DNA of 64,000 nt, from IMG/VR virus record IMGVR_UViG_3300008954_000048, positions 1,662 through 65,661 of that record, one strand, 5' to 3'. Under the pieces are notes generated by a model. It saw only the letters and a list, made by a program, of their open reading frames with translations. It searched no databases and was not told the DNA's origin. Every line of letters starts with the position of its first letter. The first letter of the stretch is position 1. Position numbers and translations under genes: made by a program. Shown in pieces: positions 18,001-27,295 of the stretch. Origin of the DNA: a virus. Its lineage: Duplodnaviria; Caudoviricetes.

Positions 18001-18345
18001 CTAATACTTTGAACTGACATTTACTTCTCCTGTCTCATAATCAATTAGGTATTGATAATTAGCACCCATATGATCAAATCGCCAATTGTGTTCATCAATA
18101 ACATATGGTTCATTATCATCAAGAAAATCTGTTTCCGGTGGGCCCTCATCAAGACCTGAACTGTGAAAGCTGCGAATACCTCCTGTGGCCTGGGCCCTGA
18201 TTATCATAAGTGATAGACACGTCGTCGTATACTTATCCAAATAGTTCTGGATGCGATCTTTCATCGTCGCACCATCATAGTGAACGTAGCACCCATTAAT
18301 TTTTCCATCAGGGAACTTAATCCCCAGCGCTGCATGTGTACTCAT
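18001..18345 (-). CDS. Conserved phage hypothetical protein
   Basis: MSTHAALG...YVHYDG pattern; first gene after a class I promoter. Confidence 0.65.
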   Translation of the reverse strand: MSTHAALGIKFPDGKINGCYVHYDGATMKDRIQNYLDKYTTTCLSLMIIRAQATGGIRSFHSSGLDEGPPETDFLDDNEPYVIDEHNWRFDHMGANYQYLIDYETGEVNVSSKY

Positions 18346-18369
18346 TTAATAATCTCCACTAGTATATGC

Positions 18370-18399
18370 ATTATACACCCCCGGGGGCAGCTTTACACG
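18370..18399 (-). promoter_or_regulatory. Class I promoter GTGTAA-N17-TATAAT
   Basis: 17-bp spacer. Confidence 0.75.
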
Positions 18400-18438
18400 A
18401 AGTAACCAATTAAAATATCTTTTATACTTCAAGAATAT

Positions 18439-19705
18439 TCAACATTTCTTCCTAATAAAACATCTAGCGAAACACCACTTCGGCCCATTATCGGTTAATA
18501 CCTTAACTAGTTTTCGATACTCGCCTTTGAAGAGCCTCGCAGACTCTACACAAAGATAAGTTCGGTTAGGTTCAATATCTTGAGGCCAGACTACTGTATC
18601 TTCAGTTAAGCCTATTCTATTATAATGATATGGAAAAAGCCTGGCCTCAGATCTATAATCCATTTCATCATCCTTAGTTCGTAGCAGATCGCCTGTTTCG
18701 AATTTTAGACTGTGTGCCATTATTGCATGCTCCTTCAGCAGCGGCTTCCTGAATCACATTCAAATAGCACTCATGCTCTGTCGTAATTCTTCCGTCTGCC
18801 CATCTTACTGTTGCAGAAAGCTTGGACTTTACCAATGATGTTTCTCGAAGTTCCATGATTAAACCGGGATCAGCCCTAACATGATTATTAAAGATTTCTG
18901 GGCATTTCCACCCTACTAAATCGCCGACCTTCATCTTAGCACCTCCCAATCATTACGATGTGAAAGTAAAATATCACCCTCTTTAGTCATAACCTCGATG
19001 CCTTCGTTAGTCATCGTGTCAAAGCACCCACCAAGATCATGTGATGTTACTGAGTATGATAAACCCATTGCTAACACAATTCCTATCTCTCCCCGCACGC
19101 AACGTGGCTCCTTTGCAGCCGGGCGCCGGGTGCCTTTATGTCTGACTAGTTCTCCAATCATTTAGCACCTATTGGTACCACATCCCCCTCAGCCTCGCCA
19201 AGGTTAACGGTATCTCCCTCTACAGGGGTAGGAGTTTCAATCTTTTTAAGAAAGTCATCCCGCATTGTTCGAAGCCTCGTTGGCACATTTCCCTTAGGGT
19301 AACCGTACGGTTCATCGAATTCAGTATCAACATAGTAATACTCAGAGTTTGCTGCCATCCTGACATTGAGGGCTACGCCCTCGCCAAACAGCTCATGGGA
19401 AACCCTGTCGTTAGTTGCCACCACTGATGGACGTGTAGTCCGCCCGATAAGCATTGTTGATTTACTCTTCTTCATTACTCTTCCTTTGCTCGTTGAATGA
19501 GCGTTAAATGTTCACAATCAATCTTGCGAAATGTATTATCATCGATTTCTATGGCTTCAATCCATTCGGAGCTATTAGCGGTGCCGGCGTCTCCATATGG
19601 ACCACAATCCCAGTCACGAAAATATGGGTCTGACAATATTAGTACTATTCTACTCATATATTGACAAAGGTCGCCCGGGCGTAGTGTACAAGCTGTATCG
19701 CTCAA
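18439..19705 (-). other. Array of five small SH3/KOW-like hypothetical genes (18439-18720, 18674-18949, 18931-19161, 19158-19475, 19475-19705)
   Basis: Overlapping stop/start codons; GDLL/GDLV/GELV/GDLC N-terminal motifs in four of them. Confidence 0.55.
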
Positions 19706-20244
19706 TATCTTCTCCCCACCCAGCCGCGCCGGCGATGGCGCCTGGCGGATTGTTTCATCTTATACTCAAGCTTCTCAGCCTCCTTTTGCTCTGGGGTAAC
19801 CCAACAAATCTCAGCACAAACCGTCTTACCGGATTTTGCCACAAAAGTAGGGGCATTACACTTATAGCACCTCTTACCAGTCTTGGCACTCTTCCAAGTA
19901 TCGCGCATGCGATGTAGCATACGATCAACAATCTCCTCAATGTTACCAGTGCGGTGGACACGAGTCGATTTTACAATACCCTTTGTATCACCTGACTTTG
20001 TTTTATAGACCGCACATACTCGAATAGCATCCATACCATTTGATCGAACTTCCTGACCTACAACTGTTGTATATACCTTTACGGAAATACTTTCATCAAT
20101 TGCCCTAGAGAAAACTCTCTCTTTGGTCTTTGCATCAACCTCAAGGTCCTCAGTAAAACCGGCCTCATCTAGCCTACCCATAATACTCAGGGCCAGCATC
20201 TCACGCAGGATCTGCAATCCAGGATCATAATCACCAGCCATCAA
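19702..20244 (-). CDS. Hypothetical protein with zinc ribbon
   Basis: CYKC...CAEIC. Confidence 0.6.
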   Translation of the reverse strand: MMAGDYDPGLQILREMLALSIMGRLDEAGFTEDLEVDAKTKERVFSRAIDESISVKVYTTVVGQEVRSNGMDAIRVCAVYKTKSGDTKGIVKSTRVHRTGNIEEIVDRMLHRMRDTWKSAKTGKRCYKCNAPTFVAKSGKTVCAEICWVTPEQKEAEKLEYKMKQSARRHRRRGWVGRRY

Positions 20245-20564
20245 ACCACCTCCAGTCTTTTAAGTTCAGGCCATACCGCTTGGCCGGCCTCGTATGTCAT
20301 AGCTAAATTTGGGTCATTAGAACAAATTGCTCGAGTTACCCAGAGAGATAAAACTCCACGCAAGTCTTCGGGCACTTCATCCATACGAATAAAATCCTTC
20401 TTATATACATACCCGAGCCCTTGAGGTGCATTGGTATGCGGATTATTGAGATAGCAAATATCAATATGGTTCTTTCGAACTTTGGTTACCAAGATAGGGC
20501 CTGAGAACATTACAGGCTTATCTGAATATTGGCATTTACTAAATACGATATCGCCAACCTTCAT
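20241..20564 (-). CDS. Hypothetical protein (MKVGDIV family)
   Basis: ORF in operon. Confidence 0.55.
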   Translation of the reverse strand: MKVGDIVFSKCQYSDKPVMFSGPILVTKVRKNHIDICYLNNPHTNAPQGLGYVYKKDFIRMDEVPEDLRGVLSLWVTRAICSNDPNLAMTYEAGQAVWPELKRLEVV

Positions 20565-20953
20565 TAAATCACCTCAAGGAGATCACGCTTGACATAAGCG
20601 GTTTCACCGGTATGAGTACAGAGTAGCATCGTCATACCTGGGGTAGCATTTCCCCAACCCAGCCGGACTCTGCATCGGGCCCGAAGAACCTGGTAGATTC
20701 GATCGCGGTGGAGAGTCACTTGTCTTGACTGCGGCGGGAGCTTCGACTCACCAGCGGAGTCCATCCCCTTGCTGGCATCGGAATCATACCATGCAGAAGT
20801 TTCTTCAGCGGTAACTGGGCGAGCTGCCTGGACGGTACCGGCCTCATCATTCGCGTAATTAGTTCGAGGGTATTGAAGGCCTCCACCAAACTTTTCGGTA
20901 AAGCATCGATCTACATTCAATTTAACCAAGGCGCCTTTTCTTAGGGTACTCAT
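20564..20953 (-). CDS. Early hypothetical protein
   Basis: RBS GGAG; first gene after a class I promoter. Confidence 0.65.
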   Translation of the reverse strand: MSTLRKGALVKLNVDRCFTEKFGGGLQYPRTNYANDEAGTVQAARPVTAEETSAWYDSDASKGMDSAGESKLPPQSRQVTLHRDRIYQVLRARCRVRLGWGNATPGMTMLLCTHTGETAYVKRDLLEVI

Positions 20954-20998
20954 GTATTCTCCAGGTTGCGGTAGGATCCATTCCCCACCATCAATTAT

Positions 20999-21028
20999 AT
21001 TATACCCTAGTATGAGAATATTTGCACG
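20999..21028 (-). promoter_or_regulatory. Class I promoter GTGCAA-N17-TATAAT with conserved leader hairpin
   Basis: 17-bp spacer; leader nearly identical to 9733-9765. Confidence 0.75.
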
Positions 21029-21567
21029 AGCATGCCTAATAAATCCCTAAACTAATCTTTATTAGAACCCACTAGATTACCTTCGCCTGGACCTGATAGT
21101 GGGAATGCTTTCGAAGAAGAGGTATGATCACCTGGAACCAAAGCAACCAGAGATTCTCCTGGATATTGTTTTTCGAATGTAGCCTTGGCATCCATAGAGT
21201 CATGGGGCCCATTGAAAGTATTAACATGCGTATTTCCTGCTGACCAGTTATATGATACTGCAGTCCATATTCTTATAAACGTCATCTTTCCTCACTATGA
21301 TAATAGTCTTTTGCTTTTTCAAGTGCCTCAGCAAGATCAGCTTCTTCAAGCTCTTCAAGGTCGACTGCCGATGATTCATATGCATCAACTATTTGTTCCA
21401 ATAGTTCATAATACTCCTCGACGGTGTCTCGCAATCTTTCAACTTCTTCTTCAAGATCCCACTGTGTACGTGTTTCCTTAGTCATATTTTAAGCTCCTAA
21501 AATACCATTGTACAAGCAGGCCGAAATAGTCAGGCCTACCCACATTAGGTATTACGCAGGATATAAG

Positions 21568-21846
21568 TTATTCAGCCTGATCTGATGCGATTCCGAGAAT
21601 CGCATACCCGCAGATATCATTCCATGGGCTCTCACCAAAAGCATCTTTCCTTGTTGCTAGTCTAAATAATTTGTCTAAGACACGAGTAATTGCCAACATG
21701 TCCCTGTATTGGTGGGGCTCCACACCATTTGGGTATAGTACCTGCAGAATCTCTTCAGCACGTCCAAAGCTGTCACCATAAGCTTCATTTTTTTCTTTCA
21801 CTAAGGCACCCACCAACCGGCCGATTTCTTCAAAGTCTCTTTTCAT
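21568..21846 (-). CDS. Nucleotide-modification-associated small helical domain (DUF1599-like)
   Basis: KNEAYGDSF...KLFR...DICGYAIL. Confidence 0.6.
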   Translation of the reverse strand: MKRDFEEIGRLVGALVKEKNEAYGDSFGRAEEILQVLYPNGVEPHQYRDMLAITRVLDKLFRLATRKDAFGESPWNDICGYAILGIASDQAE

Positions 21847-21855
21847 GATGCTCCT

Positions 21856-22128
21856 TTAATAATATGGATTTTGTCCCAGGGCATGATCTGTTGCATCAAC
21901 TACTTCAGAGATACCTGGAAATTCTTCTTGTATTGCATGGGTTATCATCAACTTCAGCGTTACTGTTGCGCTAGCACAACCCTGGCAGCCACCACCCATC
22001 ATGATACCAAGTACCCCTGTACTTTCATCGTAGTCTTGTATTTGAGCATATCCCCCATGCATCTCAAGGCCAGGATTTATCATTTCATCAATAAATTTTT
22101 CAATTTGATCTTTATTCGGTCTTTCCAC
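21856..22128 (-). CDS. nfuA: NifU C-terminal domain (NfuA-type Fe-S carrier)
   Basis: INPGLEMHGG, GGGCQGC, VVDATDH..GQNPYY; start moved to GTG 22128. Confidence 0.85.
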   Translation of the reverse strand: MERPNKDQIEKFIDEMINPGLEMHGGYAQIQDYDESTGVLGIMMGGGCQGCASATVTLKLMITHAIQEEFPGISEVVDATDHALGQNPYY

Positions 22129-22483
22129 TTTGTTGTACCTTTCCCATATCAAATGCAACTGACTCGCCACATCCACAAGATTTTGATGCATAGGGAGTTT
22201 TGAATGTAAACCCGGAAGACATCAACGATTCTTCATAATCAATCTCTGTACCGGTAAGAAAAATTATTGATTTCTTACCACAATAAATCTTTAAGCCATC
22301 GTGCTCAGAGACAACATACATCGACTCATTTTTCGGGGGTTCAATAAAATCAAATTCATACATAAATCCAGAACATCCCCCGCCCCGCAGGCCGACGCAT
22401 AATACCCAATCCTCCGGCTTCTGCAACTTCGTTCTCATCTCTTTAGCTTTTGCAAGAGCCTTATCTGTTATTTTTAACCCCAT
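22112..22483 (-). CDS. iscA: HesB/IscA A-type Fe-S carrier
   Basis: GGGCSGFMY, CGCGES. Confidence 0.92.
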   Translation of the reverse strand: MGLKITDKALAKAKEMRTKLQKPEDWVLCVGLRGGGCSGFMYEFDFIEPPKNESMYVVSEHDGLKIYCGKKSIIFLTGTEIDYEESLMSSGFTFKTPYASKSCGCGESVAFDMGKVQQSGKTE

Positions 22484-23166
22484 TACTTTTTCTTCCTCTT
22501 TTTGCCATGCGTCTTTTTTACCTTAACTCGTTTCTTCTTCTTCTTGCCCGGGCCGTGTGACTGTTGCCTCGGATCATCTGGGTTAATCCCTCTTAGTTCA
22601 AGGCGTTCTCGACGTTGTAACTCAGCCGTAAGCTTAGCCTTACGCTTTCTTAGTTTAAGTATTTTCTTCTGGATTCTTTGGCGTTCCCAATGTGAAGTCC
22701 TGTTAAGATAAAGTAGTCCAGCTAGGTGATCTGTTTCATGTTGTATTACACCACCGAGGGGCCATGGTGCGTCGAATGATTTAGACTCCCCTTCAATATT
22801 TTGATATGTTACGTGCACACCGTCTTTTCTTTTCACATGTGCATTATAGCCAGGTACTGAAAGACATGCTTCTTGCCATCTAATCTCATTGCCAGAAAGT
22901 TTCAAGGCAGGATTTATTAGAACTAGCAAATCCTCATTTCCTGAAAATGGATCTGGATTATCGATCTCTATTCTGCCACAGTCAATTACTAGCACCTGTT
23001 GATGCCTGTTGATCTGTGGGGCTGATAGGCCGATGCCAAAATTAACATTCATAGTGTCAATTAAGTCTTGTACCAATGATCTTAAATCATCATCAAAATC
23101 GATAACTGGGACTGATTTTTTATTTAGCCCTGAGCTGGGCCATGTCAATATCGTACGATTAGCCAT
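22483..23166 (-). CDS. def: Peptide deformylase with long basic C-terminal tail
   Basis: GIGLSAPQI, EACLSV, QHETDHLAG. Confidence 0.92.
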   Translation of the reverse strand: MANRTILTWPSSGLNKKSVPVIDFDDDLRSLVQDLIDTMNVNFGIGLSAPQINRHQQVLVIDCGRIEIDNPDPFSGNEDLLVLINPALKLSGNEIRWQEACLSVPGYNAHVKRKDGVHVTYQNIEGESKSFDAPWPLGGVIQHETDHLAGLLYLNRTSHWERQRIQKKILKLRKRKAKLTAELQRRERLELRGINPDDPRQQSHGPGKKKKKRVKVKKTHGKKRKKK

Positions 23167-23377
23167 GGTACAATTATAACGGGTTACTGTATTGAGTACA
23201 AGAGGCTACTCTGGATCGGGTGCAAAATAATGGCCGATTGTGCATGCAATTCCTGATAATACGTTTAGCAAGCAAAGATCCCAAAGCTCCATTGATGCAC
23301 TGCCAATGGCCAGGCATACATTCATTAAAACAAAGATTAGCCACACCCATTTTGGAATTGGTAGCCACATCTTCGGT

Positions 23378-23677
23378 TTATTCAATGGGTTTCTCCACAA
23401 AGTTATGATCCCAGACAAGCAGCACCTGACCATCTACCAGGGCATGCCAACATTGTCTTCCTTGACGATCTAAAAGAACAGCATTCGTCTCTTCAAGAAG
23501 ACTAACGGCTGGGCGGCCTATGGCCGGTTTTCCAATACCTGGGACAATAAAATATTGTCCGGAACGTAATTTTACTAACTGCCCTTGTTCTGATGCTTTA
23601 TTTATGTTTATTTCATTCATTATTATTCCTGAATTATGCCTGGCTTTCTGGGTGCCCTGCCTTGACCAGTGACCCAA
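23378..23677 (-). CDS. Small SH3-like hypothetical protein
   Basis: QGQLVKLR..; true start probably later. Confidence 0.4.
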   Translation of the reverse strand: MGHWSRQGTQKARHNSGIIMNEININKASEQGQLVKLRSGQYFIVPGIGKPAIGRPAVSLLEETNAVLLDRQGRQCWHALVDGQVLLVWDHNFVEKPIE

Positions 23678-24218
23678 CTATCTGAGCCTTGGTACTCTTA
23701 CTGCTCAGCCCCTCTATATTTACACTTTGTGCAAGTTCAAGGAGCTGACTCTTTTTCATCATAAAGTTCCATATAATTTTCTTGGACTTTTCAGGCTCTT
23801 TAACAATTGGAGTAGGTGCAGGCTCAAGAGTACTTTTAGCCTCTTTGGCCTCAGGTTTTGATGCCACTTCAGCTATAAATGGTTTTATCATTGGTGCCGG
23901 ACTTTTTTTAGGTTCCGGCTTTTTTCTAACTGGCGGCACTTTTACCGGCTGCTTTGGTGTGGGCTTTGGCTCTGGCTTACGCTTCGGCACCTGCCGTGGT
24001 TTCGGTTTTGGCTTAGGCGGTATACTTTTTGATTTGGGTGGCGCAGGATTATTAGCTGCAGCCAAAAGATCTTTTACTGCATCATGCTTAGGCGGCGATA
24101 TTGATCGTTTCTTACATTCTGCCTCTAGATCGGCATATGTCTGAATCTTCTTGCCCCTCAGCCATGCAACAATATTTAGCCCTCTTCTCTTAGTATAGTG
24201 CTCCCAACTTATTGGCAT
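23634..24218 (-). CDS. Pro/Lys-rich protein with C-terminal Rho-N/HeH-like domain
   Basis: PKPKP linker; MKKSQLLELAQSVNIEGLSSKSTKAQIV. Confidence 0.6.
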   Translation of the reverse strand: MPISWEHYTKRRGLNIVAWLRGKKIQTYADLEAECKKRSISPPKHDAVKDLLAAANNPAPPKSKSIPPKPKPKPRQVPKRKPEPKPTPKQPVKVPPVRKKPEPKKSPAPMIKPFIAEVASKPEAKEAKSTLEPAPTPIVKEPEKSKKIIWNFMMKKSQLLELAQSVNIEGLSSKSTKAQIVGSLVKAGHPESQA

Positions 24219-24233
24219 CTTTACTCCTTTTGA

Positions 24234-24539
24234 CTAAATATCAATCTTACTGTCGTCATCGTAAACCTCACCAATCAATTCAATCATACCCGATTGAAAT
24301 CTAGGATCGCGTGCTGCTTTTTCAACATGTGACGGATCATCAGCCAGATCATATAGTTCACAAAGAGGGGTTGCTAGCTTTTTCATAGCCCGCAGGAAAA
24401 TATTCCTTGCAGTAGCATGATTCATCTGATGGCCATCTTCGGTCATCTTCTGGGCAATGGTCCTATAGTCCATTCCTCCATCCGTACCTGTAACAGTTGC
24501 ATATCCCTGCTTACTTTTGAATCCCTTTGGCATACTCAT
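24234..24539 (-). CDS. Helix-turn-helix protein
   Basis: MDYRTIAQKMT..MNHATARNIFLRAMKKL, sigma region-4-like. Confidence 0.55.
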   Translation of the reverse strand: MSMPKGFKSKQGYATVTGTDGGMDYRTIAQKMTEDGHQMNHATARNIFLRAMKKLATPLCELYDLADDPSHVEKAARDPRFQSGMIELIGEVYDDDSKIDI

Positions 24540-24540
24540 A

Positions 24541-25347
24541 CTAAACCTCCACTTTGGCATTGATAAGACTATCAACCGCACGTTTCTTAATTGAACTTAG
24601 TTCCCGGTTGGTTACAGGAAAACTACTATGATCTGTAGGGTCCTCAGTTATTCCAAACCGAAGGCGCAAGATCTTTTCTTCCCTATCAGAAAGAGAATGA
24701 AGGGCTTGGCGTACAACCTCTGTAATCTTTTCTTGATCTAACTTTTCGCCTGGATGCTTTGCGTCAGTATCAGGAATAACGTCAGCTAACTTCCTGCCAG
24801 TTGACGGACCAGAGCTTCCACCGTAACTAATTGAACTATCTAGCGAGATTGGTGTTCCCGCAGCATCAATAATGGCACGCATCGATTCTAAGGATACACC
24901 AAGAAGCTCAGCTAACTCCGCTTGTGAAGGAGGAGCTCCGAACTCCTCTTCAAACTCAGCTGCAAACTTCTTCATTTTCCATAGCATACCTTTTGCATGG
25001 GATGGTAGCCTGATTGAGTTTGAGTTGGATGCAATATGACGCATCACCGCTTGCTTAATCCACCAACAACCATATGTAGAGAACTTAAAGCCCCTACGCC
25101 AGTCGAACCGATCAACGGCTTTCATCAAACCAATATTGGCTTCCTGGATCAAATCCTCAAGTGGACAGCCTCTATTTTGATATTTCTTTGCGATGCTAAT
25201 TGCTAGCCGAATATTGGCTGCAATCATATGGTCTCGGGCTTGCTTATCACCCTTTTCAATTCGTTTCGAAAGAGAAACCTCTTCCTCACGTGTTAGCAAT
25301 TTTGTTTTACCAACGTCCTTAAAGAACGTCGAGAGTGTATCACTCAT
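24541..25347 (-). CDS. Sigma-70 family RNA polymerase sigma factor (regions 1.2-4)
   Basis: LLTREEE, ANIRLAISIAKKY, DLIQEANIGLMKAVDRFD..RGFKFSTYGCWWIKQA, LSDREEKILRLRFG. Confidence 0.93.
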   Translation of the reverse strand: MSDTLSTFFKDVGKTKLLTREEEVSLSKRIEKGDKQARDHMIAANIRLAISIAKKYQNRGCPLEDLIQEANIGLMKAVDRFDWRRGFKFSTYGCWWIKQAVMRHIASNSNSIRLPSHAKGMLWKMKKFAAEFEEEFGAPPSQAELAELLGVSLESMRAIIDAAGTPISLDSSISYGGSSGPSTGRKLADVIPDTDAKHPGEKLDQEKITEVVRQALHSLSDREEKILRLRFGITEDPTDHSSFPVTNRELSSIKKRAVDSLINAKVEV

Positions 25348-25384
25348 ATTAACTCCTCTTAGTTATTTAACTTTCAAATTCCAA

Positions 25385-25696
25385 TTAGCGAGTCATTCGT
25401 TCTCTGTACCGAGAACTCATTGGCCGGCCTGGACGGTCTGCGGTTTTCATGCCGCTTTCCATATTCTTTTTTTTTAGCCTTTGTGCTTCAAGCTTTTTCT
25501 GTACATTTCTCCTTGTTACTCTGTGATCGATCTCCCTTCGAAGATAACAATATTCAACTTCCTGCGTTCGGGTATCTTGGCCCTTACGTCTCTGTGCTTC
25601 AATTTTACCCTTAATATTTCTTTCAAGAGCGTAAAGCTTCTCATCGGTCATTTCCATTAATTGCTTCGTATCGAAAAATGCGGCGTCAGTACTCAT
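25385..25696 (-). CDS. Hypothetical protein
   Basis: RBS GGAGG. Confidence 0.6.
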   Translation of the reverse strand: MSTDAAFFDTKQLMEMTDEKLYALERNIKGKIEAQRRKGQDTRTQEVEYCYLRREIDHRVTRRNVQKKLEAQRLKKKNMESGMKTADRPGRPMSSRYRERMTR

Positions 25697-25845
25697 GTTC
25701 TTTCCTCCAGCTATGAGATATTGAGTTTCTTTATATGCCTATTGCTTAAATTACCGATCTACTACTATAATATAAGTATAATCACCCCCTCCTGAATGTA
25801 TAAGGGACATTTCTGTCATTATGCTGAATTTTGAAGAGGCCATTA

Positions 25846-26295
25846 TTATCCCTCTACTGCGTATCGTAATTGCTCAAGCGCATCAGGATCGCCCATTCGA
25901 TGATTTGCACCACACCTAATAACCTCAATCCCTGGGCTGCTCATTAACTCCTCAGAGTCTTCAATGTGGACAATATCATCTGTCGGACAATGTAAGATCG
26001 TGGTACCTGGTGGAACATTTGGAGGTACGTCAAAATGCCTCCATGCGGGTGCAATCAATACTAACTTAGCACCCTGTAAATCTAAAGACATCGCAACAGC
26101 GCCGCCACGAGAAGACCCCACAACAACGTCAGGCCTTTCGGCGTCAATCTCTTGTTGTGCTATCTCTACAGATTCCCCAAAGTTTCCTTTAGGTAATCCA
26201 GGATCAATAACATCATAACCCAGGCTGCGGAGATGCCTGGGTTTTATCCCACCTGGCATAGACTCAAGGCCATGTAAAAAAAGTACTTTCGACAT
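25846..26295 (-). CDS. Alpha/beta hydrolase (YqiA-like esterase)
   Basis: FLHGLES, GSSRGG nucleophile, DDIV, NHRM. Confidence 0.85.
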   Translation of the reverse strand: MSKVLFLHGLESMPGGIKPRHLRSLGYDVIDPGLPKGNFGESVEIAQQEIDAERPDVVVGSSRGGAVAMSLDLQGAKLVLIAPAWRHFDVPPNVPPGTTILHCPTDDIVHIEDSEELMSSPGIEVIRCGANHRMGDPDALEQLRYAVEG

Positions 26296-26548
26296 AAGTG
26301 TCTTACCTCTACGCTTCTAACGTTTCGCCAGTAGTTATATCAATAATAATAGGTCCACGGGGAATGGATTGTTCTGGCACATAATCTGTTTGGTGGCCAT
26401 CGGTCGGGTAAGGTATAGGAATATATAGACGAGGGCGATTATTGTCCTCTTGCTGCTCACGGCGGGCTTCTTCGATACGCCGAAGTTCCTCTATGATATA
26501 TGGGGGCAGATGTGTCATCGTTATACTCCTTATTGTCCTTACATATAA

Positions 26549-26578
26549 ATAATACCATACATGGGAAACTTTTGCACG
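26549..26578 (-). promoter_or_regulatory. Class I promoter GTGCAA-N17-TATTAT
   Basis: 17-bp spacer; upstream of 26309..26518. Confidence 0.6.
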
Positions 26579-26588
26579 AAAAGCACTA

Positions 26589-27035
26589 TTATTTAATAAA
26601 TTCTTTTAGGTTCGAAAATAACTCATCATGCGATTCTGGGAAATCACCGTAGCGAGCCTGATACTCTTCACGATGAAGTTCGGCAGCAGTTCCATACCCC
26701 TTTGATTTTAAGAGGTTGTACCCTACCCAGTCTGCTTCTCTTTCGATCTTTTCATCCCTATGGCTTGTTTGATCGATCTTTGAATGTCCAGCTCGATAAT
26801 GCCCTAGCTCATGAGCCTGAATTACCAGTAAATGATCTTCTGAAAACCACGGCTCATCTACTTCGGCTCCATCAATAACCATAAGATCTAGATCATGCAT
26901 CAAAAATGCAATACCGGCTCTATCAAAGTGAGGTACCAGCTGGCTGTATTTATTTGAGCCAGGATAGATTATCACCACATTAAGGGTTGGATCCAGGGGG
27001 CTTGAAAATACTAATTCACTCTTATTTTTGCTCAT
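26589..27035 (-). CDS. Zincin-like metallopeptidase domain protein
   Basis: AHELGH...EREAD. Confidence 0.7.
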   Translation of the reverse strand: MSKNKSELVFSSPLDPTLNVVIIYPGSNKYSQLVPHFDRAGIAFLMHDLDLMVIDGAEVDEPWFSEDHLLVIQAHELGHYRAGHSKIDQTSHRDEKIEREADWVGYNLLKSKGYGTAAELHREEYQARYGDFPESHDELFSNLKEFIK

Positions 27036-27261
27036 TACTCTTTTTCCTATTTTCAGGTAAGCGCTTATCACAAAACTCTGCGAGTGACCTAAGATCTGTT
27101 CCGCAGGGTGGATGAACACCAGGAATTATTGCATGTAATAGTTGGCACATACTGGCACATAGCAGTTTAATGCTCACTGTTACGGCACAATAAAAGTGTT
27201 GCCAGTATGTTTCCCCTACGGAACGCGGGTGCTTGAAAAACATATGATCTAAAAACTTCAT
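27022..27261 (-). CDS. DUF6356-like small protein
   Basis: FKHPRSVGETYWQHF...HAIIP. Confidence 0.65.
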   Translation of the reverse strand: MKFLDHMFFKHPRSVGETYWQHFYCAVTVSIKLLCASMCQLLHAIIPGVHPPCGTDLRSLAEFCDKRLPENRKKSNEQK

Positions 27262-27295
27262 TTATGCCCCCACATTGCCATATGGCAACTAGCTG

